In this document: one piece after another, positions 51,778 to 52,400 of the stretch | Position numbering within the stretch: the first letter of the stretch is position 1 | Layout: each line of letters starts with the position of its first letter | From: a virus | Lineage: Duplodnaviria; Caudoviricetes | Reading direction: 5' to 3' (one strand) | IMG/VR virus record: IMGVR_UViG_3300042321_002898 | Location: 1-52,400 of that record | Length of the DNA stretch: 52,400 nt | Notes under the pieces: generated by a model | The model's input: the letters and a program-made list of their open reading frames with translations, nothing else | The model's database searches: none | What the model was told of the DNA's origin: nothing | Translations under genes and position numbers: made by a program

Positions 51778-52400
51778 CTATGCAGAATCCTCACGTCCGA
51801 GCCCGCAGTAGGCAAAATCTGGCCTGACCCACGGAACCAGATGTGACACGTTGTTCACGTCGATGCCATACTTGGGACACCTGACAAAGGACGCCGAGGT
51901 CGGGTCGCAGCACTTTGTGCAGGTATGGAAATAATCGGGATTTGTCGAGTCCTTCCCAAGGACTCTTCGATTCTTCACGTCGTAGCGCGTCTCGTCGTGC
52001 GGCACCGAGTGTCTCTCATGGTATTCAAAGACGTCGCCGTCGGTCCACTCGCGAATCGGATAAAGGATCGTCCCGGCGTTCTCGAGCTGGAGCCGGTCGA
52101 CTCGCAGGGGAACCTTTCCAACGGTCGGGTCGTCGTCAGAGGACTTGTGGCCCATGACCATGCAGTCCCATGGAAAGTTGAATGTCCCAAGGGGACGGGC
52201 AAGAAACGTCTCGAGTGCACAGAGAAACGGCCGCCCTTCTTCTGGAACAATTGTCCCGCGCGCCACCATGAGAGGCTGCGAGTTGGACATTGCCATGGAG
52301 TTGACCTGGTAGCATTCCATGATGTCGACTCTGCCCTCTTTTCCTCGACAGAGACTGACGGCCGAAGGAGCATAGTCGTGCGCCTCAAGATTCCACTCGT
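51778..52400 (-). CDS. PAPS-reductase-family (adenine nucleotide alpha hydrolase) protein, 5' end outside the window
   Basis: Frame is open to the window edge; MGHKSSD and LYPIREWTDGDVFEYHERHSVP match the G.R..E and P...W...D.W.Y.....P pattern; Cys-rich C-terminus (CTKCC...C). Confidence 0.65.
   Translation of the reverse strand, partial: EWNLEAHDYAPSAVSLCRGKEGRVDIMECYQVNSMAMSNSQPLMVARGTIVPEEGRPFLCALETFLARPLGTFNFPWDCMVMGHKSSDDDPTVGKVPLRVDRLQLENAGTILYPIREWTDGDVFEYHERHSVPHDETRYDVKNRRVLGKDSTNPDYFHTCTKCCDPTSASFVRCPKYGIDVNNVSHLVPWVRPDFAYCGLGREDSA

Noticed and set aside
1-52400. Prophage boundaries, integrase, tRNA genes and host assignment
   Set aside because: No integrase, att-like junction, host housekeeping genes or tRNA cloverleaf recognised; the host cannot be assigned beyond probably diderm.

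Overview
The whole window looks like one GC-rich tailed dsDNA phage genome (Caudoviricetes). It is probably podovirus-like, since no tape-measure or tail-tube gene is evident and large ejection-type proteins are present. Genes are cut at both ends, and no host DNA, integrase, rRNA, tRNA or CRISPR is visible. Minus strand 1-21190: metallophosphoesterase, lysis cassette, tail fibre genes including a GH43 endo-arabinanase, major capsid, a five-gene sugar cassette (GDP-fucose synthase plus four GT-A-like proteins) between scaffold and capsid genes, portal, terminase and a RuvC-like nuclease. Plus strand 21584-40405: SF2 helicase, dCMP deaminase, PD-(D/E)XK nuclease, an ACP-like protein lacking the carrier serine, SSB-like protein, PolA, a nucleotide-modification cluster (Nudix, dNMP kinase, Asp-type thymidylate-synthase homologue, SAM methyltransferase, UDG-fold protein), primase-helicase and DUF932/DUF2786-like proteins. 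Several plus-strand genes sit behind a repeated promoter with a GGCAGCCAGC-like spacer motif. Minus strand 40402-52400: a 2773-aa multi-domain protein with HExxH and ART-like motifs, ejection-type proteins, three small MGGA-starting proteins and a PAPS-reductase-like gene. All calls come from motif recognition by eye; no database searches were run.
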